Part shown: piece by piece, positions 1 through 7,045 of the stretch
How positions within the stretch are numbered: the stretch's first letter is position 1
Layout of the letters: every line of letters starts with the position of its first letter
From: an uncultured Solirubrobacteraceae bacterium
Lineage (GTDB): Bacteria > Actinomycetota > Thermoleophilia > Solirubrobacterales > Solirubrobacteraceae
DNA: 64,000 nt
Direction: 5' to 3'
Assembly (NCBI GenBank): GCA_963827335.1
Contig: CAWHAP010000014.1
Coordinates: 88,554 to 152,553 of the forward strand
Made by a program: the position numbers and the translations under genes
The notes under the pieces: generated by a model
Seen by the model: the letters and a program-made list of their open reading frames with translations, nothing else
Database searches by the model: none
Told to the model about the DNA's origin: nothing

Positions 1-1
1 C

Positions 2-856
2 GGGGCGCTGCTGCTGGAGGACCGGCTGATCAAGACGCTGCGCCCGCCCGGCAACACCCGCGGCAAGCGCACCGCCGACGGCTACGTCTACCTGCGCTGC
101 CGGCTCGACATCCCGTTCCCGATCCTCGAGGTCGCGCTCGAGCCGGCCGCGGGCCACGCCGTCACCGTCGGCCCGGTGCGCGGGCGCGCCGCGGCGTCGG
201 AGCTGGTCGAGCAGCTCAACTCGCTCTTCGGCCTGCGCCACTGCGGCCGGCGCATGCCGCGCCGCGAGCACCCGAGCGCCTACGGGCAGATGGGCCGCTG
301 CCTCTCGCCCTGCCTCGGCGACCTCGACCCGAACCTCTACCGCGAGCGCCTCGACCGGGCGCTGCGGCTCTTCGTCGACTCCCGCGACGGGGGCGGCGCG
401 CTGCTCGCCCACATCGACGGCCAGATCCGCGCCGCCGCCGCCGAGCGCAACTACGAGCGCGCGGCGTGGCTGCGGCGGCGGCGCGAGCGGCTCGAGGCGC
501 TCGTGCGCCGGCTCGGCGGGCTGCTGCGGGCGACGCACGCCGGGGCGCGCCTCGTGCTGGCGCCCCACCCCGAGCGCGGCGCCCACGACGCGTTCTGGCT
601 CGCCGGCGGGCGCGTGGTCGACTGGGGCGCGCTGCCCGGCGACCCGCAGGAGCTGGCCGCGCGCACCGCCGCGGCGCTGCGCGCGGTGCCGCGCCGGGAG
701 CTCGGCGGCTGGCTGCCGGCGGAGGAGCTGGCGGAGATCCGGCTCGTCGGCGCCTGGATCGCGGCGCACGACCCGCCGTGGCTCGAGCTCGACGCGGGCG
801 TGCTCGAGGACGGGCGACTCGCGCGCTGGGTCCGCACCGTAGAGTCCCGGGAGTGA
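2..856 (+). CDS. UvrC-like GIY-YIG / UvrC-homology nuclease, 5' end outside the window
   Basis: The frame is open from the window edge. It reads GALLLEDRLIKTLRPPGN (end of a GIY-YIG-type motif) and continues through ELVEQLNSLFGLRHCGRR...ERNYERAAWLRRRRERLEAL. Stop TGA 854-856. The family call rests on motif recall only. Confidence 0.6.
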   Translation, partial: GALLLEDRLIKTLRPPGNTRGKRTADGYVYLRCRLDIPFPILEVALEPAAGHAVTVGPVRGRAAASELVEQLNSLFGLRHCGRRMPRREHPSAYGQMGRCLSPCLGDLDPNLYRERLDRALRLFVDSRDGGGALLAHIDGQIRAAAAERNYERAAWLRRRRERLEALVRRLGGLLRATHAGARLVLAPHPERGAHDAFWLAGGRVVDWGALPGDPQELAARTAAALRAVPRRELGGWLPAEELAEIRLVGAWIAAHDPPWLELDAGVLEDGRLARWVRTVESRE

Positions 857-1221
857 TCGCGGGCATCCATCACGTGCAGGTCGCGGCGCCCCCGGGCTGC
901 GAGGAGGAGGCTCGCCGGTTCTTCACCGGCGTCCTCGGGCTCGAGGAGGTCCCGAAGCCCGATCCGCTCGCCGCGCGCGGCGGCGCGTGGTTCGAGGTCG
1001 GCGCGGGCGTGCAGCTGCACGTCGGCGTCGCCGCGGACTTCGCTCCCGCCACGAAGGCCCATCCGGCGTTCAGGGTCGACGGCGCCGAGCGCCTGTCCGC
1101 GCTCGCGGCGCGCCTCGGCGGCGCCGGGATCGAGGTGCTCTGGGACCAGGCGGCGCCCGGCGAGTCGCGCTTCTACGCGACCGACCCGTGGGGCAACCGG
1201 CTGGAGTTCATCACCGGCTGA
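853..1221 (+). CDS. VOC (glyoxalase/bleomycin resistance/dioxygenase) family protein
   Basis: GTG 853 overlaps the upstream stop (GTGA). IAGIHHVQVAAPPG...ARRFFTGVLGLEEVPKP...DPWGNRLEF is a typical VOC pattern. Confidence 0.7.
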   Translation: MIAGIHHVQVAAPPGCEEEARRFFTGVLGLEEVPKPDPLAARGGAWFEVGAGVQLHVGVAADFAPATKAHPAFRVDGAERLSALAARLGGAGIEVLWDQAAPGESRFYATDPWGNRLEFITG

Positions 1222-1717
1222 AGCGCTGGTCGCGCGGGCGCGCCCCGCGGTAGGCCATCACGTTGAGCATCCCGAGCGGCGCGCGCTCGCGCGGCGCCGG
1301 CGGCTCGCCGTGCATGACCGGCTTGACCATGCTCACGGCGACGACGTGCGTCACCGGCAGATCGGTCAGCGCGCCGATCCGGTACGGGACGTCCCAGCGC
1401 AGCCAGCGCGAGGTCTGGCCGGGCAGCGTCGACACGATGACCTCGTCGAAGCGGCCGGGCTGCCAGGTCTCGGCCACGGCCTGGACGGGGTCGGCGTCGC
1501 CGATCACGCCCTCGGCCTCCAGCCCGGCGTCGTGCCAGCGGGCGAGCGCCTCCTCGAGCTGGGACTGCATCGCCGAGGCCGGCTCTGGGCCCGACGCGGG
1601 CATCAGGAGCGTGAAGTCCGTCGGCACCGAACCCCTGCGGGCGCGCTCGGTCAGGGCGGCCAGCAGGTCGTCCGAGGCGGCGGTGACGGTGGCGACGACG
1701 AGCACGTGCGCGGCCAT
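1211..1717 (-). CDS. hypothetical protein (alpha/beta, USP-like N-terminus)
   Basis: ATG at 1717 is preceded by GAGGGAGG. MAAHVLVVATVTAASDDLLAAL... has ordinary composition. The Arg/Pro-rich upstream part of ORF 1211..1924 was trimmed. Confidence 0.5.
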   Translation of the reverse strand: MAAHVLVVATVTAASDDLLAALTERARRGSVPTDFTLLMPASGPEPASAMQSQLEEALARWHDAGLEAEGVIGDADPVQAVAETWQPGRFDEVIVSTLPGQTSRWLRWDVPYRIGALTDLPVTHVVAVSMVKPVMHGEPPAPRERAPLGMLNVMAYRGARPRDQRFSR

Positions 1718-1874
1718 GGGGCCTCCCTCTGAGGTGACCCCACGGAGCTTACGCCGCGCGCGTCGGCGGCGCGATCGGCGCCGTGGTGACGGCGCTGTCG
1801 GCGTGGCGGTGCGGGATGCCCTGGACACCAGGCATCGAGGGAAGGGGTCGGGGGAAGTGGCGCTCCCTCGGCCC

Positions 1875-2157
1875 GCGAACGTCGAGGTTGCGCCCGTGCA
1901 GCGCATGGGCTCGACGTTTGCCACCTATGCGGCAGCAAACGTCGAGCGCGAGCCGGCGCAGCGCGGGCGCTCGACGTTGTACGCGTACATATGGCAGCAA
2001 AACGTCGCGTTGCCGCGCGCGTCCGGACGGCTTGCGACGTTTTGCGGGCTATAGCCGCAAACGTCGCACGGCCTCGCCTGCCCGCGCCCAATGTGACGCT
2101 CTGCAGGTCCGGAGGAGCGCCGCTGCCTGGACCCGCTCCCCTCAATGCCCGGTGTCC
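1875..2157. repeat. nested-palindrome intergenic repeat, divergent copy 1 (multi-hairpin AACGTCG...CGACGTT modules)
   Basis: Three stems are visible: GAACGTCGAG/CTCGACGTTT (1877-1886/1910-1919), AACGTCGAGCGC/GCGCTCGACGTT (1938-1949/1967-1978, perfect 12 bp) and GCAAAACGTCGC/GCGACGTTTTGC (1997-2008/2034-2045, perfect 12 bp). There is a central GGCTATAGCC palindrome at 2047-2056. The right end CCTCAATGCCCGGTGT resembles the termini of the other copies. Confidence 0.75.
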
Positions 2158-2206
2158 GCAGGCATCCCGCGCTGCGACCGCGAGAGCGCCGTCACCTGAA
2201 CGCTGA

Positions 2207-3169
2207 TCAGGACGCGGCGAACGGCAGATCGACCACCGTCGCCCGCACGTCGCCGTCGCCGACGGCGACCACGTCGCCGGGGGCGGCCTCGCGACGCACC
2301 AGCGCGAGCGCGATGGGCCCGTGCACGGGGGAGGCGACGACGGTGCCGAGCCGCCCGACCTCGCGCTCGCCGAGCACGAGCGCGTCGCCCCGCGCCGCCG
2401 CGCCCGTGAGGCGCAGGCCGCGCAGGTGGCGGTTCGGCTTGCCGCGGAAGTAGAGCCGCGCGACGGTCTCCTGGCCGACGTAGCAGCCCTTCTCGAACGA
2501 CACCGCGCGGGCGTTGAGCCCCGCCTCCTGCGGGATCACGGTGTCGTTCAGCTCGAAGCCGTAGCGGGGGCGGCCGGTCTCGACACGCCGGACCTCGGCC
2601 GCGTCCTCGCCCGCGGGCACGGCGCCCGCGGCCATCAGCGCGGCGGCGACGGCCTCGGCGTCGGCGGCCTCGCACAGCACGTCCACGCCCAGGTCGGTCG
2701 CGATCAGCCGCACCTCGGCGCCCGCGATCCGCGCGCTTCGGTGGGCGTGCTCGGTCGCGGGCAGGTCCTCGGCGCCCGCCACGCGGCGGGCGTGCGGCCC
2801 GATCAGCGAGAGCAGGCCGGACTCGAGCGTGCGCTTGTGCAGCTCGACCTCGCGTCCGAGCTTGAAGCGCCGGATCATGTTGAACAGCTCCTGCAGGGTG
2901 GCGCGCTCGCAGTCGAGCAGCAGGCCGGCGGCACCGGCGTCCAGGACCCGCAGGTCGCCGAGCATCTTGCCCTTGTGCGTGAGGAAGGCGGCGTAGCAGC
3001 CGGTGCCGGGCTCGAGCCCCTCGATGTCGTTCGTGACCTGCCCGTGGAGGAACTCCTTCGCCTCCGCGCCGGTCAGCGCGAGCTTGCCGCGCTCGGAGCG
3101 GTCGACCACCGCGCAGGCCTCCGTCATCGCCCGGTGCGCGTCGGTGCTCGTGTCGGCCAGGGTCACCAT
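2207..3169 (-). CDS. ygfZ: YgfZ/GcvT-like folate-binding protein
   Basis: 320 aa. KGCYVGQE signature (FEKGCYVGQETVARLYFRGKP) plus an aminomethyltransferase-like N-terminal domain. Confidence 0.8.
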   Translation of the reverse strand: MVTLADTSTDAHRAMTEACAVVDRSERGKLALTGAEAKEFLHGQVTNDIEGLEPGTGCYAAFLTHKGKMLGDLRVLDAGAAGLLLDCERATLQELFNMIRRFKLGREVELHKRTLESGLLSLIGPHARRVAGAEDLPATEHAHRSARIAGAEVRLIATDLGVDVLCEAADAEAVAAALMAAGAVPAGEDAAEVRRVETGRPRYGFELNDTVIPQEAGLNARAVSFEKGCYVGQETVARLYFRGKPNRHLRGLRLTGAAARGDALVLGEREVGRLGTVVASPVHGPIALALVRREAAPGDVVAVGDGDVRATVVDLPFAAS

Positions 3170-3426
3170 GCCTGCTCATCGTAGAACCGGTGCGTGCGGA
3201 TCAGCCGCCGCTCGACCTCCCGCTGCAGCTCCTCGAGCACGACCATCGAGGGCACGCCGGCCTCGATCGCGCCCCGCACCACGGCGCACTCGGCCGCGCC
3301 GTCGAGCCGCTCGAGCAGGTCCATGAGGCCGTCGAGCCCCAGGCCGCGAGCGGGGGCGAGCGGGTCGTCGGGGTCGGATGGGGGCGGCGGGTCGGCCATG
3401 ACCGTCAGCGGGTCTCCTCGTGACAT
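3163..3426 (-). CDS. small hypothetical protein (start uncertain: 3426 or 3399)
   Basis: Its stop overlaps the ygfZ start by 7 nt (ATGGTGA). The C-terminal half (LMDLLERLDGAAECAVVRGAIEAGVPSMVVLEELQREVERRLIRTHRFYDEQAW) has protein-like composition. No clear RBS. Confidence 0.4.
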   Translation of the reverse strand: MSRGDPLTVMADPPPPSDPDDPLAPARGLGLDGLMDLLERLDGAAECAVVRGAIEAGVPSMVVLEELQREVERRLIRTHRFYDEQAW

Positions 3427-3588
3427 CCCGCTCGCGAGACCGATTGCCGGCGCCGACAGGCGAGGACGCAGACCCGCAGGAATCCCTCCGGGATTTCAAG
3501 TGGTCGAGGACAAAGCATGTCGGTGATCGGCAATCGTCGATTGCGGGTGGGATGTTGCGAGGGGGCCCGCTAGATTCCACGGCACATC

Positions 3589-3948
3589 ATGCCGCTCGCG
3601 GAGACCTTCTCGGAGATCGTCGACTCGCTGCCGTCCGACTGGACGGACCTCGAGTTCGACCTGCGCGTCGACGAGTCGCGCTACATCGACGCCGCGACGC
3701 TGCTCGTGCAGGTCAACGCGCAGCCCTACTCCCACCACGACTGGCACTGGCGGATCCTGGTCGCGCACCAGTTCGGGCACGCGGCGGCGGCGCCCGTCAC
3801 CCACGGGACGCTCAAGCTGCTCGACGACCAGGGGATCCGGGGCGAGCTCGTGCTGCGCGAGCTGCGCACGGGCCGGGTCGAGACGACCCAGATGTGGGGG
3901 CGCCCGGAGTCGGTGCGCCAGGAGTTCCGCCGCGTCCGCGCGCAGTAG
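3589..3948 (+). CDS. hypothetical protein
   Basis: 119 aa with balanced composition (MPLAETFSEIVDSLPSDWTDLEFDLRVDESRYIDAATLL...). I do not recognise a family. Confidence 0.6.
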   Translation: MPLAETFSEIVDSLPSDWTDLEFDLRVDESRYIDAATLLVQVNAQPYSHHDWHWRILVAHQFGHAAAAPVTHGTLKLLDDQGIRGELVLRELRTGRVETTQMWGRPESVRQEFRRVRAQ

Positions 3949-4283
3949 TGGCGCGCGTCCTCGCGGTCTTCGACGATCTCCTGCTCGGCTCCAACGTCCT
4001 CGGCATGCTCCGTGCCGCGGGGCACGATGCCCGGCTCGCCGGCGCCGACGCGGCCGCGGACGACGCCGACGTCGTCATCGTCGACCTGGGGGCGGGCAGC
4101 TTCGACGGGGTCGCGCTCCGTGCGCGATTCGCGGGCGCGGCGACGATCGGCGTCTACTCCCACGTCCACCACGACGTCAAGGTGCGCGCCGAGGCGGCGG
4201 GGTTCGACCTCGTCGTGCCGCGGTCGCGGATGGCGCGCGAGGGGCCGGAGCTGGTGGCGCGGCTCGCTCCGCCGCCTGGTTGA
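3948..4283 (+). CDS. hypothetical protein (receiver-like alpha/beta pattern)
   Basis: GTG 3948 overlaps the upstream TAG (TAGTG). VARVLAVFDDLLLGSNVLGMLRAAGHDARL...ADVVIVDLG... The upstream part of ORF 3420..4283 was trimmed as a shadow frame. Confidence 0.5.
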   Translation: MARVLAVFDDLLLGSNVLGMLRAAGHDARLAGADAAADDADVVIVDLGAGSFDGVALRARFAGAATIGVYSHVHHDVKVRAEAAGFDLVVPRSRMAREGPELVARLAPPPG

Positions 4284-4326
4284 CGGGCGGGCCGCCGCTG
4301 CCTGCCGTGTCGCGCGAGCGGCGGCC

Positions 4327-4567
4327 CCGGCGAACGTCAACGGCGGGCATCGAGGGGGGCGGGTTCGGTGGAGTGGCGTGCCCAACGTCGTAATCGTCCG
4401 GCGGCCAGGAGCGATTACGACGTTGAGGGTGCTATGGGACCCCAACGTCGTACGGCGCCCGGTTCGTCGAGCCGTTGTGACGTTGGGGGCAGGCCCACCC
4501 GGACTCGCCCCCCTCGATGCCCCCCGTTGACGTTCGCGGAGCGCCCGCCATCACCACAGCGGACGAC
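4327..4567. repeat. nested-palindrome intergenic repeat, copy 2 (archetype)
   Basis: Outer inverted repeats are CGAACGTCAACGGCGGGCATCGAGGGGGGCG (from 4331) and CGCCCCCCTCGATGCCCCCCGTTGACGTTCG (to 4536). An inner hairpin has a perfect 14-bp stem, CAACGTCGTAATCG/CGATTACGACGTTG. There is a second hairpin, CCCCAACGTCG...GACGTTGGGG. The centre is GGTGCTATGGGAC. A tail follows: GAGCGCCCGCCATCACCACAGCGGACGAC. Confidence 0.85.
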
Positions 4568-4572
4568 CACCG

Positions 4573-5550
4573 CTACGGCGCGGGCGGAGGACCGGCGGCC
4601 GTGAAGTCGAACGCGCGATCGACGTCCAGCGGCTCCTTCAGGATCCCGAACTCGCGGTCCCAGGCCGCCCAGTCCCGCAGGACGTCCCGCCGCAGCTGAC
4701 CGAACCCCGCCGCGCCGGCGGTGAACGCCTCGTCGACCGCGTCGAGCTCCGCGGCGAGCGCGTCCTGGTCGAGCCGCGGCTCGACCGCGGCCATCGCCGC
4801 CACGGCGCTCTCGGGGTCGCGCTGCGCCTCGCCGTACCCGCGCTGCAGCGCACGGATCGTCGCCCGGACCATCGGCTCCTCGTCCTCGAGGGTCTCGCGG
4901 GTGACGGCGAGCACGAGCTCGGGATAGCTCGGCGCGCCGTAGTCGTCCACGCGGAACTCCCGGACCGCCGGCCGCTCGCGCTGGAGCGCGACGCCCTCGA
5001 CGTTCCAGAACGCGGTCGCGCCGTCGACCCGCCCCGCCAGCATCGCCTTGACGGCCTGGAAGCCGATCGTGGTCGAGCGCACCGCGTCCGGGTCGCCGCC
5101 GTCGCCGGCGACGACGGAGCGCAGCACGGCGTCGTCGGACGGCAGGCCCGTGACGCCGACGCGGCGGCCCTCGAGCTGCTTCGGGGAGCGGATGCCGGGC
5201 TGGGTCAGCACCGCGGCCAGCGGGCGCTGCACGAACGCCATGACGCCGACGATGTCGCGACCCTGCTCGCGCGCGAGGCCCAGGTCGTGGATGTCGAGGA
5301 TCGCCAGGTCGGCGCGTCCCGCCTGCAGCAGCTTGAGGGCGTCGGTCGACGCCCCGGGCGCCTGGATCTCGAGCGCCACGCCCTCGGCATCGTCGAAGCC
5401 GCGCTCCGTCGCCAGGTAGAGCCCGGCGTGGACGGCGTTGGGCTGGAAGTCGAGCAGCAGCGTGGGCTCGGACCCGGGACGGTCGTTCCCCGTGGTCGAG
5501 CCGCACCCCGCCACGACGGCGGCGAGGAGCAGGAGCATCAGGGCGCGCAC
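4573..5550 (-). CDS. ABC transporter substrate-binding lipoprotein, NMT1/THI5-like (nitrate/sulfonate/bicarbonate family)
   Basis: Lipobox-type signal LLLLLAAVVAGCGS. LDFQPNAVHAGLYLATERGFF-like core. Start set at GTG 5550 (ATG 5538 is also possible). The upstream Arg-rich extension to 5616 was trimmed. Confidence 0.7.
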   Translation of the reverse strand: MRALMLLLLAAVVAGCGSTTGNDRPGSEPTLLLDFQPNAVHAGLYLATERGFDDAEGVALEIQAPGASTDALKLLQAGRADLAILDIHDLGLAREQGRDIVGVMAFVQRPLAAVLTQPGIRSPKQLEGRRVGVTGLPSDDAVLRSVVAGDGGDPDAVRSTTIGFQAVKAMLAGRVDGATAFWNVEGVALQRERPAVREFRVDDYGAPSYPELVLAVTRETLEDEEPMVRATIRALQRGYGEAQRDPESAVAAMAAVEPRLDQDALAAELDAVDEAFTAGAAGFGQLRRDVLRDWAAWDREFGILKEPLDVDRAFDFTAAGPPPAP

Positions 5551-5609
5551 GCCGCGGAGGCTAGATGAGCGGGCGGGAATATCGCGCCGCCTGGGGCCGT
5601 CGGTAGGGA

Positions 5610-7001
5610 ATGCCACGAATCGTCGTGCTCGGCGGCGGGGTGTGCGGGCTCGCCGCCGGATTGCTGCTCGCCCGCGACGGCCACGCCGTCACCCTGCTCG
5701 AACGCGACCCGGCGCCCGTCCCCGACTCCCCGGAGGCCGCCTGGGAGGCATGGGAGCGACGCGGGGTCGCCCAGTTCCACCAGACGCACTTCCTGCAGTC
5801 GCGCGGCCGGCGGGTGCTCGAGGACGAGCTGCCGGACGTGCTGGACGCGTTCGCGGCCGCAGGCGCGGCGCGCTTCAACGCGCTCGACCGCATGCCGCCC
5901 GGGATCGCGGACCGCGCGCCGCGGCCCGGCGACGACCGCTTCGCGACCCTGACGGGCCGCCGCACGACGCTGGAGCACGTCCTCGCCGGCACCGCCGCGG
6001 CCCAGCCGGGCCTGACGGTGCGCCGCGGCGACGCCGCCTTCGAGCTCATAACCCGCCCGGGCCGGGCGGCGCCGCACGTCGTCGGCGTGCGCACCGCGGC
6101 CGGCGAGGCGCTCGGCGCCGACCTCGTCGTCGACGCGATGGGCCGCGGCTCGCGCATGCCGCAGCTCGCCGCGGCGGCGGGCGGGGAGCCCGGGGAGGAG
6201 GAGGCCGAGGACTGCGGCTTCATCTACTACACGCGCTTCTTCCGCGGCCCCGCCGCCCCCGAGCTGCGCGGACCGCTGCTGACGCCGTACGGCTCGTTCT
6301 CGATCCTCACCGCCCCCGCCGACTCGGGCACCTGGTCGATCACCGTCTACGTGGCCTCGGGTGACCGGCCGCTCAAGCGGCTGCGCCACGAGGCGGCGTG
6401 GACCGCGCTCGTGCGGGCGTGCCCGCTGCAGGCGCACTGGCTCGACGGCGAGCCGATCTCGGGCGTGCTGGCCATGGCCGGCGTGCTCGACCGGCGCAGG
6501 GCGGCGACGCCGACCGTCACGGGCGTCGCCGCCGTGGGCGACGCATGGGCGTGCACGAACCCGTCGACCGGCCGCGGCATCGCGCTCGGGCTGAGCCACG
6601 TCGCGCTGCTGCGCGACACGGTGCGCGCGCACCTCGGCGACCCCGACGCGTTCGCGGAGGCCTGGCGCGAGACGACGGCGCGCGAGCTGGAGCCCTGGTA
6701 CCGCGCGACGGTCGCCGCCGACCGGGCGCGGCTCGCCCAGATGACGGCCGACCGCGAAGGGCGCGTCCTGGACCCGCCGGGCGACCGGATGGGCGCGCTG
6801 GGCGCGGCCATGATGCGCACGATGGCCCACGACGCCGAGGTGTTCCGGGCTGCGCTGGAGATCTCGAACGTGCTCGCGCATCCCCGAGAGGTGTTCGGGC
6901 GGCCGGGGTTCGCCGACCGCCTGCTCGCCCTCGCCGGCGAGCAGCGCCACGCAGGGCCGCCGGGCCCGAGCCGGGAGGACCTGCTCGCCCTCGTGGCGTG
7001 A
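5610..7001 (+). CDS. FAD-dependent oxidoreductase
   Basis: N-terminal dinucleotide-binding motif IVVLGGGVCGLAAGLLLARDGHAVTLLER. 463 aa. Confidence 0.7.
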   Translation: MPRIVVLGGGVCGLAAGLLLARDGHAVTLLERDPAPVPDSPEAAWEAWERRGVAQFHQTHFLQSRGRRVLEDELPDVLDAFAAAGAARFNALDRMPPGIADRAPRPGDDRFATLTGRRTTLEHVLAGTAAAQPGLTVRRGDAAFELITRPGRAAPHVVGVRTAAGEALGADLVVDAMGRGSRMPQLAAAAGGEPGEEEAEDCGFIYYTRFFRGPAAPELRGPLLTPYGSFSILTAPADSGTWSITVYVASGDRPLKRLRHEAAWTALVRACPLQAHWLDGEPISGVLAMAGVLDRRRAATPTVTGVAAVGDAWACTNPSTGRGIALGLSHVALLRDTVRAHLGDPDAFAEAWRETTARELEPWYRATVAADRARLAQMTADREGRVLDPPGDRMGALGAAMMRTMAHDAEVFRAALEISNVLAHPREVFGRPGFADRLLALAGEQRHAGPPGPSREDLLALVA

Positions 7002-7045
7002 ACGGGCGGAGGCCCGCAGGCGCGTCTCCGTAGACTGCGCCGCGG

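Noticed and set aside
1875-2157. CRISPR array as an explanation for the repeated palindromic units here and at 4.3, 12.4 and 32.5 kb
   Set aside because: There are no regularly spaced identical short repeats with unique spacers. The units are nested inverted repeats dispersed across the window, and no cas genes are present.
4415-5506. ORFs running through the repeat elements (4415..5506 -, 12405..12668 -, 32364..32666 -, 32547..33764 +) that share peptides such as ANVNGGHRGGRVRVGLPPTSQRLDEPGAVRR
   Set aside because: The shared peptide is just the translation of the repeated DNA. The reading frames are not conserved between copies, and the rest of each ORF is shadow sequence.
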